Of a stretch of 64,000 nt of DNA, positions 10,067 through 19,563 are shown piece after piece. Made by a program: the position numbers and the translations under genes. The stretch's first letter is position 1. Every line of letters starts with the position of its first letter. The notes under the pieces were generated by a model, which was not told the DNA's origin, ran no database searches, and saw nothing but the letters and a program-made list of their open reading frames with translations. This stretch comes from an uncultured Planctomycetota bacterium. Lineage in GTDB: Bacteria; Planctomycetota; Planctomycetia; Gemmatales; Gemmataceae. The stretch is taken from contig CAWKHF010000002.1 of the NCBI GenBank assembly GCA_963849325.1, positions 320,001-384,000 of the forward strand, in the 5' to 3' direction.

Positions 10067-11263
10067 ATGTCAGCCACGCCAGCGTCTTCCCGCCGTCGTC
10101 TCGTCGTCCTCGGTTCCACCGGCTCGATCGGCACCAACTGCCTCGACGTCGTGGCCCACCTCGGCGAACGCTTCGAGGTGCTCGGCCTCAGCGCCCATTC
10201 CAGCGGCGACGCCCTGCTGGAGCAGGCCCAACGCCATCGACCGCGATGGGTGACGCTCACCGACCCCGCCGCGCCGCGGATCGACCCCGCCCGGCTGCCG
10301 CCCGGCTGCCGGTTGCTGCACGGCGCCGACGGCATCGCGGAGATGGTCCGCGATGCCGACGTGGACGTCGTCGTCAGCGCCATCGTCGGCGCCGCCGGGC
10401 TGATCGGCACCTGGGCCGCCCTCGAAGCCGGCAAGACCGTCGCCGTCGCCAACAAGGAAACGCTCGTCCTCGCCGGCGCCCTCGTCACCGACCTCGCCGC
10501 CCGCCGCGGCGGCCGACTGCTGCCCGTCGATAGCGAGCACAGCGCCATCTTTCAGGCGATGCAGGGCAGTCCGCCCGACGCCGTCGAGCGCATCGTCCTG
10601 ACCGGCAGCGGCGGCCCTTTCCGCGGACGCAGCCGAGCCGAGCTGGCCGACGTCACCGTCGCGGAGGCTCTGCGCCATCCGACCTGGCGCATGGGACCGA
10701 AGATCACCATCGACTCGGCCACGCTCATGAACAAGGCCCTCGAAGTCATCGAGGCACGCTGGCTGTTCGGCCTGCCGCCGGAGCGCATCGACGTCATCAT
10801 CCACCCCGAGTCGGTCATCCACTCTTTCGTCGAGTTCAAGGACGGCTCGGTGCTGGCCCAGCTATCGCCGCCGGACATGCGCCTGCCGATCCAGTACGCC
10901 CTGACTTATCCGGAGCGCGTGCCGGGTCCGGCGCGACGGCTGAACTGGCGCGAATTATCGGCCTGGCACTTCGAGCAACCCGACCACGAGACGTTCCCGG
11001 CCCTACAATTAGGGTATGAGGTGGCGCGTCGCGGCGGCACCTGCGGCGCGGTGCTCAACGCCGCCAACGAGGCGGCCGTCGAACGCTTCCTCAAGGGCGA
11101 CCTGGATTTCCTCGACATCCCGCGCGCCTGCCGCGCGGCCCTGGATCACCATCATTACAGCCCCACGCCGACGCTGGCCGAACTGAGCGCCTGCGATCGC
11201 TGGGCTCGACAGGAGGTAGGCCGTTGGACCAGCCCCAGACCCCGAAGCACTCCGACTCCGTGA
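10067..11263 (+). CDS. dxr: 1-deoxy-D-xylulose-5-phosphate reductoisomerase
   Basis: LGSTGSIG, ANKE, LPVDSEHSA, HPTWRMGPKITIDSATLMNK, NAANE. Confidence 0.98.
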   Translation: MSATPASSRRRLVVLGSTGSIGTNCLDVVAHLGERFEVLGLSAHSSGDALLEQAQRHRPRWVTLTDPAAPRIDPARLPPGCRLLHGADGIAEMVRDADVDVVVSAIVGAAGLIGTWAALEAGKTVAVANKETLVLAGALVTDLAARRGGRLLPVDSEHSAIFQAMQGSPPDAVERIVLTGSGGPFRGRSRAELADVTVAEALRHPTWRMGPKITIDSATLMNKALEVIEARWLFGLPPERIDVIIHPESVIHSFVEFKDGSVLAQLSPPDMRLPIQYALTYPERVPGPARRLNWRELSAWHFEQPDHETFPALQLGYEVARRGGTCGAVLNAANEAAVERFLKGDLDFLDIPRACRAALDHHHYSPTPTLAELSACDRWARQEVGRWTSPRPRSTPTP

Positions 11264-13794
11264 GACCGGCCGGCGAGCCTCGGAGCGCGGACGCGGCTCC
11301 GCTCGCCGACAGTGCCGCCGCCGCTGACGCCGGCCGCCTGGCTGATGAACAACGCCGTCTACCTGCTCATCTTCGGCCCTCATCGTCGGCGGTATCTGGT
11401 ACAAGCTCGGATTGGACAGCGTCTGGGCCGTCGCCAAGGTCGTCATCGGACTCGGCTTCGTCATTTTCATCCACGAGCTGGGCCACTTCCTGGCCGCCAA
11501 GTGGTGCGACGTCCACGTGCAGACGTTCAGCATCGGCTTCGGGCCGGCCCTGCCCGGCTGTAGCTTCCAGCGCGGCGAGACCACCTACAAGATCGGCGTG
11601 CTGCCGCTGGGCGGCTACGTCAACATGGTCGGCGAAGGGCCGGAGGCCGACGAGGACGAAGACTATCCGCGCTCCTTCAAGAACAAGACGCGTCGGCCAG
11701 CGCATGCTCATCATCTCGGCCGGCGTCATCATGAACGTCCTGCTCGGCTGCATCCTGTTCATCGTCGTCTACAATTACTCACGGCGTCGAGCAGGCGCCC
11801 GCCATCGTCGGCCGGGTCGATGCCGGCTCGCCGATGTGGGAGAAGGGCGTTGCCGCCGGCTCGGTCATCACCGAACTGAACGGCATCCGCAATCCCATCT
11901 TCAAGAACCTTCGCTTCGAGGTCATTCTCTCCGCGCAGGACCAGAAGATCCCCTTCACGTTCCAGATGTACGGGCCGGACGGTGAAAAGGCGGAGCAGCG
12001 CACGGTGGACCTGCTGCCGCGCCGCGAGGAGAACGATCTCAATCCCGTCGTCGGCGTCGCGCCGCCCAATCAGCTGCGCTGTATCCTCGAGCCGAAGAAA
12101 GACATCGGCCTCCTGCCCGTGACGCGCCACAGCCCGGCGGCCGCCGCCCGCTCCGTCCCCCTTCAGCCGGACGAGGTCATCGTCGCCGCCACCGACCCGG
12201 ACAACCCCGACCAGGTCAAGGAGATCAAGCACGACTTGCAGGCCGTGCACGTTCGATTACCGGGATTTCAGCAAGCGTCTCCGCGCCCTGGAAGGCCAAA
12301 AGCTGGTCATCCACGTCAAGCCGAAAGGCGCCGACGACAAGGCGAAAGCCGAATGAGCGCGACGTGCCGCTGGAAGGCTTCCAGTTCAACGACACCATCG
12401 TCGGCTGCACGGAGGCGCAGGATACTCGGAACGATTCGTACAACCCGTTCCAGGTCAGCGAATTGCCGCGCGATCCCCGTCATGAGAGCGGCGATCGGCG
12501 CGACCCGTTCGTCTTCCAGGCCCGTCAGCGGCAGTTGGCCGGCCTGCCGATGGTCGTGCAAGTCCGCCGCGGCGATCCCAACAGCTCTTCCCTGCACGAT
12601 ACGTCGTCGACCGGCGAGGTCGTCAACCTGTTCGTGCCGCCGGCCTTTCACGTCACGTTCGGCATGCGCATGAAGATGGGCAAGGTGGCGGCCTCCGCGA
12701 GGATTCCCCCGCCGCCCGCGCCGGCGTGCGGAAGGGCGACGAACTCATCAAGGTCGTCATGAAGGACGAGCACGGCGACACGCTCCGCACTTGGGAGGAG
12801 CTCGACCCCGAGCGTCTGCCGTTCGAGCTGGGGAGGGCGGCGGCGAGCAAGCCGGGCAAGAAGACGGTGCTCCTGACCGTCCGCCGCGAGCCGTCGCCGC
12901 CGAACCACACACCGGAAAATCACATCCTGCCGCCGGTCGAATGGGAGCAGCGCTGGGACAACGACGAGGAAGTGCCGCTCAGCACTTCCTCGCCGCTGGC
13001 GATCCCGCAACTGGGCGTGGCCTACTGGGTCCTCAGCCAGGTCGTGGAGGTCCACAAGGATTCGCCGGCCGCCGCGAGAAGGACGCGGCTGCAAAAGGAC
13101 GATACGATCAAGGAGATCCGCTACAAGACCCTGTCGGCGTACAACAAGGAGCCGGAGTGGAGCGAGGCCAGCCGAGCTGGAGTCCACGCGCCACGGCGAG
13201 ACGCAATACGACTGCTGGGCGCAAGCGTTCTGGATCGCGCAACTGAACGATTTTAAGGAAATCAAGGTCAAGGTGAACCGTCCGGGCGAGGAGATGAAGG
13301 ACGAAATCGCCCTGACGGCTCGTGAAGACCTGGACTGGCCGCTGGCCGGGCGCGGCATCCGCCTGTTGCCGGATTACAAGGTGCAGAAAGCCGACAACTT
13401 CGGCGAGGCCCTCATCCTCGGCGCCCGCTACACCAAAGAAATGATCGTCATCATGTACTTGCAGCTGAAGAGCCTGGCCACCGGCCGCGTCTCGTTCAAG
13501 CAGGTGGGCGGGCCGCTGGAGATCATGCGCATGGGCTTCTCGCAGGCCCAGGCCGGCAATTACGATCTGCTATTGTTTCTGGGCATGATTAGCATCAATC
13601 TGGCCGTGGTCAACTTCCTGCCCATCCCCATCCTGGACGGCGGGCACATGGTCTTCCTGATTTACGAGAAGCTGCGCGGCCGGCCGCCGGCCGAGAACGT
13701 CAAGGTGGTGGCCACCTACATCGGTCTGGCCATGATTGCTTTGCTCATGATACTGGTGTTCTACCAGGACATTCGCAAAATGTTCGGCATCTGA
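11224..13794 (+). CDS. rseP: RseP-like site-2 metalloprotease, enlarged PDZ region (multiple frameshifts)
   Basis: FIHELGH, FSIGFGP, LPLGGYV, AGVIMN, NFLPIPILDGGH; conserved position after dxr. Confidence 0.9.
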
Positions 13795-13821
13795 GGCCCG
13801 CACGAGGAGGCATTATCGGCT

Positions 13822-14103
13822 ATGAGTTGGAAGGACACCCTCGCCACTCCTGAGCCGACAATGGACAGACGCACCATGACACGCTCCGCTGCCCGTCGCT
13901 CCGCCGCCGTCCAGGCGGACAAATCCGCTCTACCGCCGCCGACTTCCGAACCACGCTCCGGCGATCCGTTCGTGGCGACGGAGACGAAATCCGGCATCCC
14001 CTGGTACTGGGGGCTGGTCCTTTTCCTGTGGGCCACGTCCTACTTTTTTCTGCTCTTGTACGAATGGCTGGCCGGTGTCTTGAAGTCGTTCGTCCGAGCC
14101 TGA
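13822..14103 (+). CDS. Small membrane protein
   Basis: GAGGAGG RBS; C-terminal hydrophobic helix IPWYWGLVLFLWATSYFFLLLYEW. Confidence 0.65.
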   Translation: MSWKDTLATPEPTMDRRTMTRSAARRSAAVQADKSALPPPTSEPRSGDPFVATETKSGIPWYWGLVLFLWATSYFFLLLYEWLAGVLKSFVRA

Positions 14104-14145
14104 AGCGTAAGCGAAGAGTGCTCTTCGCTTACGCTTCAGGCTCGG
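14094..14145. repeat. REP-like inverted repeat family A
   Basis: Arms separated by AGTGCT; supplies the stop codons of both convergent genes. Confidence 0.9.
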
Positions 14146-14962
14146 TTACGTTTTGTTCGCACTCGCGCATGTAGCGCAGGCTCTCCCGCGCGATCGTCTC
14201 CGGGTCGGGAGTGTAATCGAACACCTCGACCGAGACCCAGCCGTCGTACCGGCTCTCGCGCAGGGCGCGGAAGATGGGCACGAAATCGACGGCGCCGAAG
14301 CCGGGGCCGCGGCGGTTGGGGTCGTTGGCGTGGAAATGGCCGGTGCGCCCGGCGTGACGGCGGATGAGATCGGGGACCGGCGTCTCTTCCGATGACATCG
14401 CCTTGACATCCAGGTGTAGCACGAAGTTCGGATGGTCGATGCGGTCGAGGATCTCGACGGCCTCGGCGCAGGTGTTGATAAAGTCGGCCTCGGGCGGGGC
14501 CAGCGGTTCCAGGCACAGGCGTACTCCCGCGTCGCCGATGCCGGATCGGGCGCGGCGGAAGGTATCGACGGCGTAATCGACGGCCTGGCCGCGCGTCGCG
14601 CCGGCGGGAATGCGCCGCTGGGCCGGCGAGCCGAAGACGAGTAACTCGCCGCCGAGGTCGCCACAGCAGTGGGCCAGCGCCATCAGGTAATCCGCCGTCT
14701 TTTGCCGCACAGCCGCGTCCGGCGAGGTTAGGTGCAGCCCTTCGGTCTTGGCCAGGAGCCAGTGCAGTCCCAGCAACTTCAGGCCGTGTTCGTCCGCCTG
14801 CCGGCGCAGCTCGCTCCGCCGCTCGGCGGACACGTCGTGGACGGAGCCGGCCAGGGTGAACGGGGCGATCTCCAGCCCCTGATAGCCCAGGCCGGCGACG
14901 AAACGGCACACCCGCTCGTGGTCCCAGCCCTCGAACGTCTCGTTGCAGATGGCATATCTCAT
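14129..14962 (-). CDS. Sugar phosphate isomerase/epimerase (D-tagatose 3-epimerase-like TIM barrel)
   Basis: GLEIAP, CLEPL, LHLD, HFHAND, SVEVF metal ligands. Confidence 0.88.
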   Translation of the reverse strand: MRYAICNETFEGWDHERVCRFVAGLGYQGLEIAPFTLAGSVHDVSAERRSELRRQADEHGLKLLGLHWLLAKTEGLHLTSPDAAVRQKTADYLMALAHCCGDLGGELLVFGSPAQRRIPAGATRGQAVDYAVDTFRRARSGIGDAGVRLCLEPLAPPEADFINTCAEAVEILDRIDHPNFVLHLDVKAMSSEETPVPDLIRRHAGRTGHFHANDPNRRGPGFGAVDFVPIFRALRESRYDGWVSVEVFDYTPDPETIARESLRYMRECEQNVTEPEA

Positions 14963-14978
14963 GGAAGGTCGCCGCATG

Positions 14979-14994
14979 AAGCCGCAAGCGGCTT
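14979..14994. repeat. REP-like palindrome family C, single unit
   Basis: AAGCCGCAAGCGGCTT. Confidence 0.7.
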
Positions 14995-14998
14995 GACA

Positions 14999-16483
14999 CT
15001 ACTTGCTATCAATGGTGACGCGGTCCTCGCGCGAATCCGAGGTCAGGAAGGTCAACTCGACCGGGCCGTTCGCCTTCTCCATCGCGCGGTAGAATTCGGC
15101 CGGCTCCGTTACGCGGCGCTGGTTGACGCGGGTGATGACCATGTCGGGCTGGAGGCGCGCCTTGTCGGCGGAGCTGTTGGGCACCACTTCGCGGATGACG
15201 ACCCCTTCGGGAATGCTGCGCCAGCGCAGCGACAGGGTACTGGACCAGTCCACGCGCAGACCGCCACGCGCCGGCGGCCGCTTCGAGGCGATGACCGGGC
15301 CGGGCACGGCGTACTTGGCCAGCTTGACGTTGCAGACGCGCCGCGGTCCGTCCGGCCGAGCCGCCGCCTCGATGCGGACCTCGCTGCCGGCCAGATGCAT
15401 GCCGATCATCAGGAAGAGATCGTCGTTGCTATGTACCGGCATGCCGTTGATGGCCAGAACGTAATCGTCGTTGCGCAGCTCGCCGCGCTCAGCCGGCCCG
15501 CCGAACAGCACTTCCTGGAGCTGCACGAAACCATCGGGGACGTACTCGGGCGGCTTGAGGATGACGCCAAGGAAGCCGTACTCGACCTCCTCGCCGCGGC
15601 GTAGCACGTCGAGGATGCGGCGCGTGCCGGCGTCGAGCGGCACGGCGAAACCGCCGGGCGTCTCGCCGCCGCTGATGCCGGCCAGCGCCGACGTCAGGCC
15701 GACCAGCTCTCCTTGCAGGTTGAGCAGGGCGCCGCCGCTGCAACCGAGGTTCAGGCGCGTATCGGTCTGGACGAGCGTGCCGAAGCAGTGCAGCGGTAGG
15801 CGCGAACGGTCGCCGCGCTCGACCTCGCTGAGCACACCCGTCGAACGGCGGCGAAGGTTGCTGACGATGCCCCACGAGGCGCTAGGGCTGCCGTCGCGGA
15901 AGCCCGCCGCGAAGGGGTTGGACAGCGACAGCAGGAAATCGCCCTTGCGCAGTCGGCCGCCGTCGCCGAGCTTGAGCGCCTTGAGGTTCGGCACGCGGTC
16001 GAGCAGGCGCAGCACGGCCAAATCGCTGCGCGGGTCGGCCGCGTGGATGTCGGCCCAGCTGCCGCGACCGCCCGGCAGGCGAACGAAAATCTTGGTCGCC
16101 TTGCGTACGACGTGGGCCAGGGTGAGGACCAGGCCGTCCTTGTCGTCGAGGACTACGCCGCTGCCGTAGGACTCCGGCACGGTGGCGGGGTTGCTCAGGT
16201 CGAGGTTGACCAGCGCGGGGTCGGTGCGCGAACTCGGATGACCGCCGGGACGCTCGAAGCGGCCGAGCTGGCCCGGCACCTTCGGCCGGACGGGACCGAG
16301 CGCCCGATATTTGTCGCTGCGCGAGACGAGGATGCAGGCGATGGAAGGTTCGGCGCGCTCAATCGATTGGTGGACGGCCTCCTGCAGGGCCAGCACGTCG
16401 GCGAAGCGATTCCGTTCCTCGCTCCGGACCCATCCCGGCAGGAGGAGAACGGCCAGCGGAGCGAGACAGGCCATTGTGCGCAT
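14999..16483 (-). CDS. HtrA/DegP-like trypsin serine protease with two PDZ domains
   Basis: Signal peptide, GSGVV, TLAHVV, SDLAVL, NLGCSGGALLN, GFLGV PDZ start. Confidence 0.9.
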   Translation of the reverse strand: MRTMACLAPLAVLLLPGWVRSEERNRFADVLALQEAVHQSIERAEPSIACILVSRSDKYRALGPVRPKVPGQLGRFERPGGHPSSRTDPALVNLDLSNPATVPESYGSGVVLDDKDGLVLTLAHVVRKATKIFVRLPGGRGSWADIHAADPRSDLAVLRLLDRVPNLKALKLGDGGRLRKGDFLLSLSNPFAAGFRDGSPSASWGIVSNLRRRSTGVLSEVERGDRSRLPLHCFGTLVQTDTRLNLGCSGGALLNLQGELVGLTSALAGISGGETPGGFAVPLDAGTRRILDVLRRGEEVEYGFLGVILKPPEYVPDGFVQLQEVLFGGPAERGELRNDDYVLAINGMPVHSNDDLFLMIGMHLAGSEVRIEAAARPDGPRRVCNVKLAKYAVPGPVIASKRPPARGGLRVDWSSTLSLRWRSIPEGVVIREVVPNSSADKARLQPDMVITRVNQRRVTEPAEFYRAMEKANGPVELTFLTSDSREDRVTIDSK

Positions 16484-16587
16484 GGGCCGGTTCCTTGTTA
16501 GCGCCCACAACCGCAGTGTGGAGGAGAGGGCAGATTCTATGTTTGTACCGCGTGGAGGCGCGGTTTTCCAGTTCTTCCGACCATTCG

Positions 16588-16652
16588 CTGAGCCGCGACC
16601 GTCTCGGTGAGCATGGAAAAGAAAAGGCCGCGCCCTTACGGTCGCGGCTCAG
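16588..16652. repeat. REP-like inverted repeat (CTGAGCCGCGACCGT arms)
   Basis: 15-bp arms 16588-16602 and 16638-16652; related direct copies at 39110 and 39153. Confidence 0.75.
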
Positions 16653-16670
16653 AACGGTATCTGTGATGAC

Positions 16671-16717
16671 AAAAACACCGAAGGGAGTCCCGAGTATTCT
16701 CGGGACTCCCTTCGGTG
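16671..16717 (-). terminator. Intrinsic terminator downstream of csrA
   Basis: Perfect 19-bp stem 16676-16694/16699-16717 followed by U5 on the minus strand. Confidence 0.85.
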
Positions 16718-16886
16718 ATGAATCCGTATCACTCCCCTGTGATAACCCCACTGCTTCTTTCGCAAGCAAAGGCGACTGCCAGACCGCGAACACGCTTTCG
16801 ACGTGCCCCCGGTTGGCCGGTCCCGCGACGACATCGCGGGCCATTCTCCCAACGTCCGCTTGGGCGTTGGTGGAACGATTCGCCGG
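16718..16886 (-). ncRNA. Candidate structured RNA in the csrA 3' region
   Basis: At least six consecutive stems, two with CGAAAG loops, closing helix GGCGA/UCGCC, AGGGGA loop. Confidence 0.45.
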
Positions 16887-17084
16887 CTAGTGGGGCACGG
16901 TCGAGGCGCCCGGCGCGGGCGTCTCATTGTTCTTCAAGGGCAAAAGCTCCTGACGGTAGATCGGCACGTCACGCGGTGCCTCGATCCCCAGGCGGATTTT
17001 GCCCCGGTCGATGTCCACGACCGTGATACAGATGTTATCCCCGATATAAATCTTCTCACCCAGTTTTCGGCTCAGGACCAGCAT
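16887..17084 (-). CDS. csrA: Carbon storage regulator CsrA
   Basis: MLVLSRKLGEKIYIG...IRLGIEAPRDVPIYRQE; AGGAGG RBS. Confidence 0.97.
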   Translation of the reverse strand: MLVLSRKLGEKIYIGDNICITVVDIDRGKIRLGIEAPRDVPIYRQELLPLKNNETPAPGASTVPH

Positions 17085-17275
17085 ATCGCTACCCTCCTAC
17101 GAGCGAAGCAGTGGTATACTTGCATCCCAATTCTACGCCACGAATGGCGACGGCGATGTCAAGGGGGTGACATTTTTTGCCCCTAACCCCTCCCCCGTGT
17201 CGTGGAACATCCCTCATCCTGGCTTTGCTCGCTAGAGCCGGACATCCCGCACAATCCGTAAAATCCGCCATGAGA

Positions 17276-17291
17276 GCAAGTTATGCGCCAA
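17276..17291 (-). promoter_or_regulatory. Putative sigma54 (-24/-12) promoter upstream of csrA
   Basis: TTGGCGCATAACTTGC on the minus strand, exact GG-N10-GC spacing. Confidence 0.65.
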
Positions 17292-17385
17292 ATCGGCGCT
17301 GAGGCGGAGGCGAAGGCGGACAGCGGCTCACGCCTATCCGATGGGATCTCTTCCTGAGTTCGCGGTCGGTGGGACACTCGGTTTG

Positions 17386-18387
17386 CTATCCGCGCCGCCG
17401 GGCGAGGCCGGAGAGGAAGTGCCAGACGACCAGAGCCGCCCAGCGTGAACTTTGGCCATCGCGGTCGAAGGAGGGATTGATCTCGACCAAGTCGAAGCTG
17501 CTCACCGCCGTGTGCTCGCCGGCCAAGGCGGCGCAGGCGGCGAGTTCGTGTCCACAAAGGCCGAGCGGGTTGGGGGCGCTGACGCCGGGCACGTCCGCCT
17601 GCCGGACAACGTCGCTGTCGAGCGTCACGCACACCGAACATCCGCTGGCCGACAGCCGCTCGCACTCCTGGCGGAAGGCGTCGCCCAGACGGTCGCGGAC
17701 CTCGGCACACCAGCGGATGACACCGCCTCGGGCGTTGACGTAAGCGTGGTGTTCTCGGCTGACCGAGTAAGGCTGGGCGCCCAGGCAAACGTAGCGATCG
17801 CCGCGTAACGGACGATTCGGATGTTCGAGGGCTTGCCGAAACGGCGAGCCGCTGTGTCCCAGCCCGTCCGCGAGCGGACGGACGTCCAGATGTGCGTCGA
17901 GGTTGACGATCGCCACGTCGCGGCCGGCGTGAACGTAGCCGAGGTAATGTCCGTAGGCCGTCTCGTGTCCGCCACCCAGCACAATGGGGACGGCCTCGGC
18001 CTTCAACAGCGACGCGATCCCTTCCGCCAACGCCTGCTGACTTTCCTCCAGCCCACCGAGGATGCGCACATTCCCCAGGTCGAGTAATTCCAGTGCGCTC
18101 AGGTCCGTGCCTCTGGAGGCGTCCCAGGGTGTCAGCCGGTAGAGTCCGTGACGGATGGCGGCAGGAGCGGCGGCAGCCCCTGGCCGGCCCTGGTTGCGGC
18201 GCACACCCTCGTCTTGAGGAAATCCCAGCAGGACCGGACGTCCCGGCCGCAGCATCGGCGGACCCTCCCGCCAGAACTCGACGCACTCGCCCAGTCGCGG
18301 GTCATCCGGCCGGCGCGGACCATCCGGCGGCGCAACCGGCTCAAGCCGGGTGTACCACGCGCCCGCGCTTGACGACGCACTCGACAT
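17386..18387 (-). CDS. hutG: Formimidoylglutamase (arginase family)
   Basis: DEGVRRNQGRPGA, GGGHETAYG, NLDAHLD, SGSPF, PGVSAP, EINP. Confidence 0.92.
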   Translation of the reverse strand: MSSASSSAGAWYTRLEPVAPPDGPRRPDDPRLGECVEFWREGPPMLRPGRPVLLGFPQDEGVRRNQGRPGAAAAPAAIRHGLYRLTPWDASRGTDLSALELLDLGNVRILGGLEESQQALAEGIASLLKAEAVPIVLGGGHETAYGHYLGYVHAGRDVAIVNLDAHLDVRPLADGLGHSGSPFRQALEHPNRPLRGDRYVCLGAQPYSVSREHHAYVNARGGVIRWCAEVRDRLGDAFRQECERLSASGCSVCVTLDSDVVRQADVPGVSAPNPLGLCGHELAACAALAGEHTAVSSFDLVEINPSFDRDGQSSRWAALVVWHFLSGLARRRG

Positions 18388-19558
18388 GATTGATTCCGAA
18401 GTGATAAAAGAGTTCCCGATAATCGGCAACGTCACAGACGATGACGTCGCCCTGCTTGCCGGGCGTCAATGAGCCGAGGCGGTCGGCGCGGCCCAGCGCC
18501 GCGGCGGCGTGGAGCGTCAGGGCCGTCACGACCTCGCTGGGCCTCATGCCCATCTGTGTGCAGGCCATGGCGCCAACGAGCGGTAGGTTCTCAGTCATGC
18601 AGGTGCCGGGGTTGCAGTCGGTGGCCAGGGCCACGGTCACGCCGCGCTCGATCAGACGCCGCGCCGGCGCATACTCCACTCCCAGAGAGAACGCCGTGCC
18701 CGGCAGCAGCGTCGCCACCGTACCCGACGCGGCCAGGGCGTCGATGCCCGCCTCGCTGACGCGCAGCAGATGGTCCGCCGACACGGCCCCGACCTCCGCC
18801 GCCAGCTCGGCCCCGCCAAGCGGCGACAGTTCGTCGGCGTGCAGCTTGAGCCGCAAACCCAGGTCGCGCGCCCGCGTCAGGATTTGCCGCGATTCCGCCA
18901 CACTGAAAACGCCGGTCTCGCAGAAGACGTCGCAAAACTCGGCCAGGCGCTGCCGGGCGACCTCGGGCAACATGACGTCGCGGAGCGAACGGATGTAACC
19001 GGCTCGATCATCGCGGTACTCCGGCGGCACGGCGTGCGCCCCCAGGAAGGTCGGCACCAGCTCCCACGGCCCCTCGGCGTTCAGCTCGGCGATGGACTCT
19101 AGACACTTGATCTCGTCGGCTGGCGTCAGACCGTAGCCGCTCTTGACCTCGACGGTGGTGACGCCGAACCGCAGCAGCCGTCGCAGCCGTGGCCGCGCCA
19201 GCGCCTTCAGCTCCTCCTTCGATGCCTGCCGCACCTGGCGGACGGTGCGGAGGATGCCGCCGCCGCGCTCGGTGATTTGCTGATAGCTCATGCCTTGCAG
19301 GCGCTGCTCGAATTCGTCCACGCGCGAGCCGGCGAACAGCAAGTGCGTGTGACTATCGATGAAGCCCGGCAGCACGACCTTGCCGCTGGCATCGATCCAC
19401 GTCGCCTCCTCTTGCGCCACGGCCGGCATGTCCGCCGCTGGTCCCACCCAGTCGATGATGCCCGCGCGGATGATGACGGAGCCGTCCGCGAGGACAAGAC
19501 GATCGCCGGCCGACGCGATGCCGACCAACTGGGCCGCGTGATGGAGGACCGTAAGCAT
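18341..19558 (-). CDS. hutI: Imidazolonepropionase
   Basis: PGFIDSHTH, GGGI, EVKSGYGL, FLGAHA, DVFCE, LHADE, ATDCNPG. Confidence 0.96.
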   Translation of the reverse strand: MLTVLHHAAQLVGIASAGDRLVLADGSVIIRAGIIDWVGPAADMPAVAQEEATWIDASGKVVLPGFIDSHTHLLFAGSRVDEFEQRLQGMSYQQITERGGGILRTVRQVRQASKEELKALARPRLRRLLRFGVTTVEVKSGYGLTPADEIKCLESIAELNAEGPWELVPTFLGAHAVPPEYRDDRAGYIRSLRDVMLPEVARQRLAEFCDVFCETGVFSVAESRQILTRARDLGLRLKLHADELSPLGGAELAAEVGAVSADHLLRVSEAGIDALAASGTVATLLPGTAFSLGVEYAPARRLIERGVTVALATDCNPGTCMTENLPLVGAMACTQMGMRPSEVVTALTLHAAAALGRADRLGSLTPGKQGDVIVCDVADYRELFYHFGINHVECVVKRGRVVHPA

Positions 19559-19563
19559 GAAGA

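Noticed and set aside
17130-17162. Canonical sigma70 promoter for csrA (TTGACA...TAGAAT, minus strand)
   Set aside because: Spacer is 21 nt, too long for a standard -35/-10 pair; the -10 alone may still work, so it is not called
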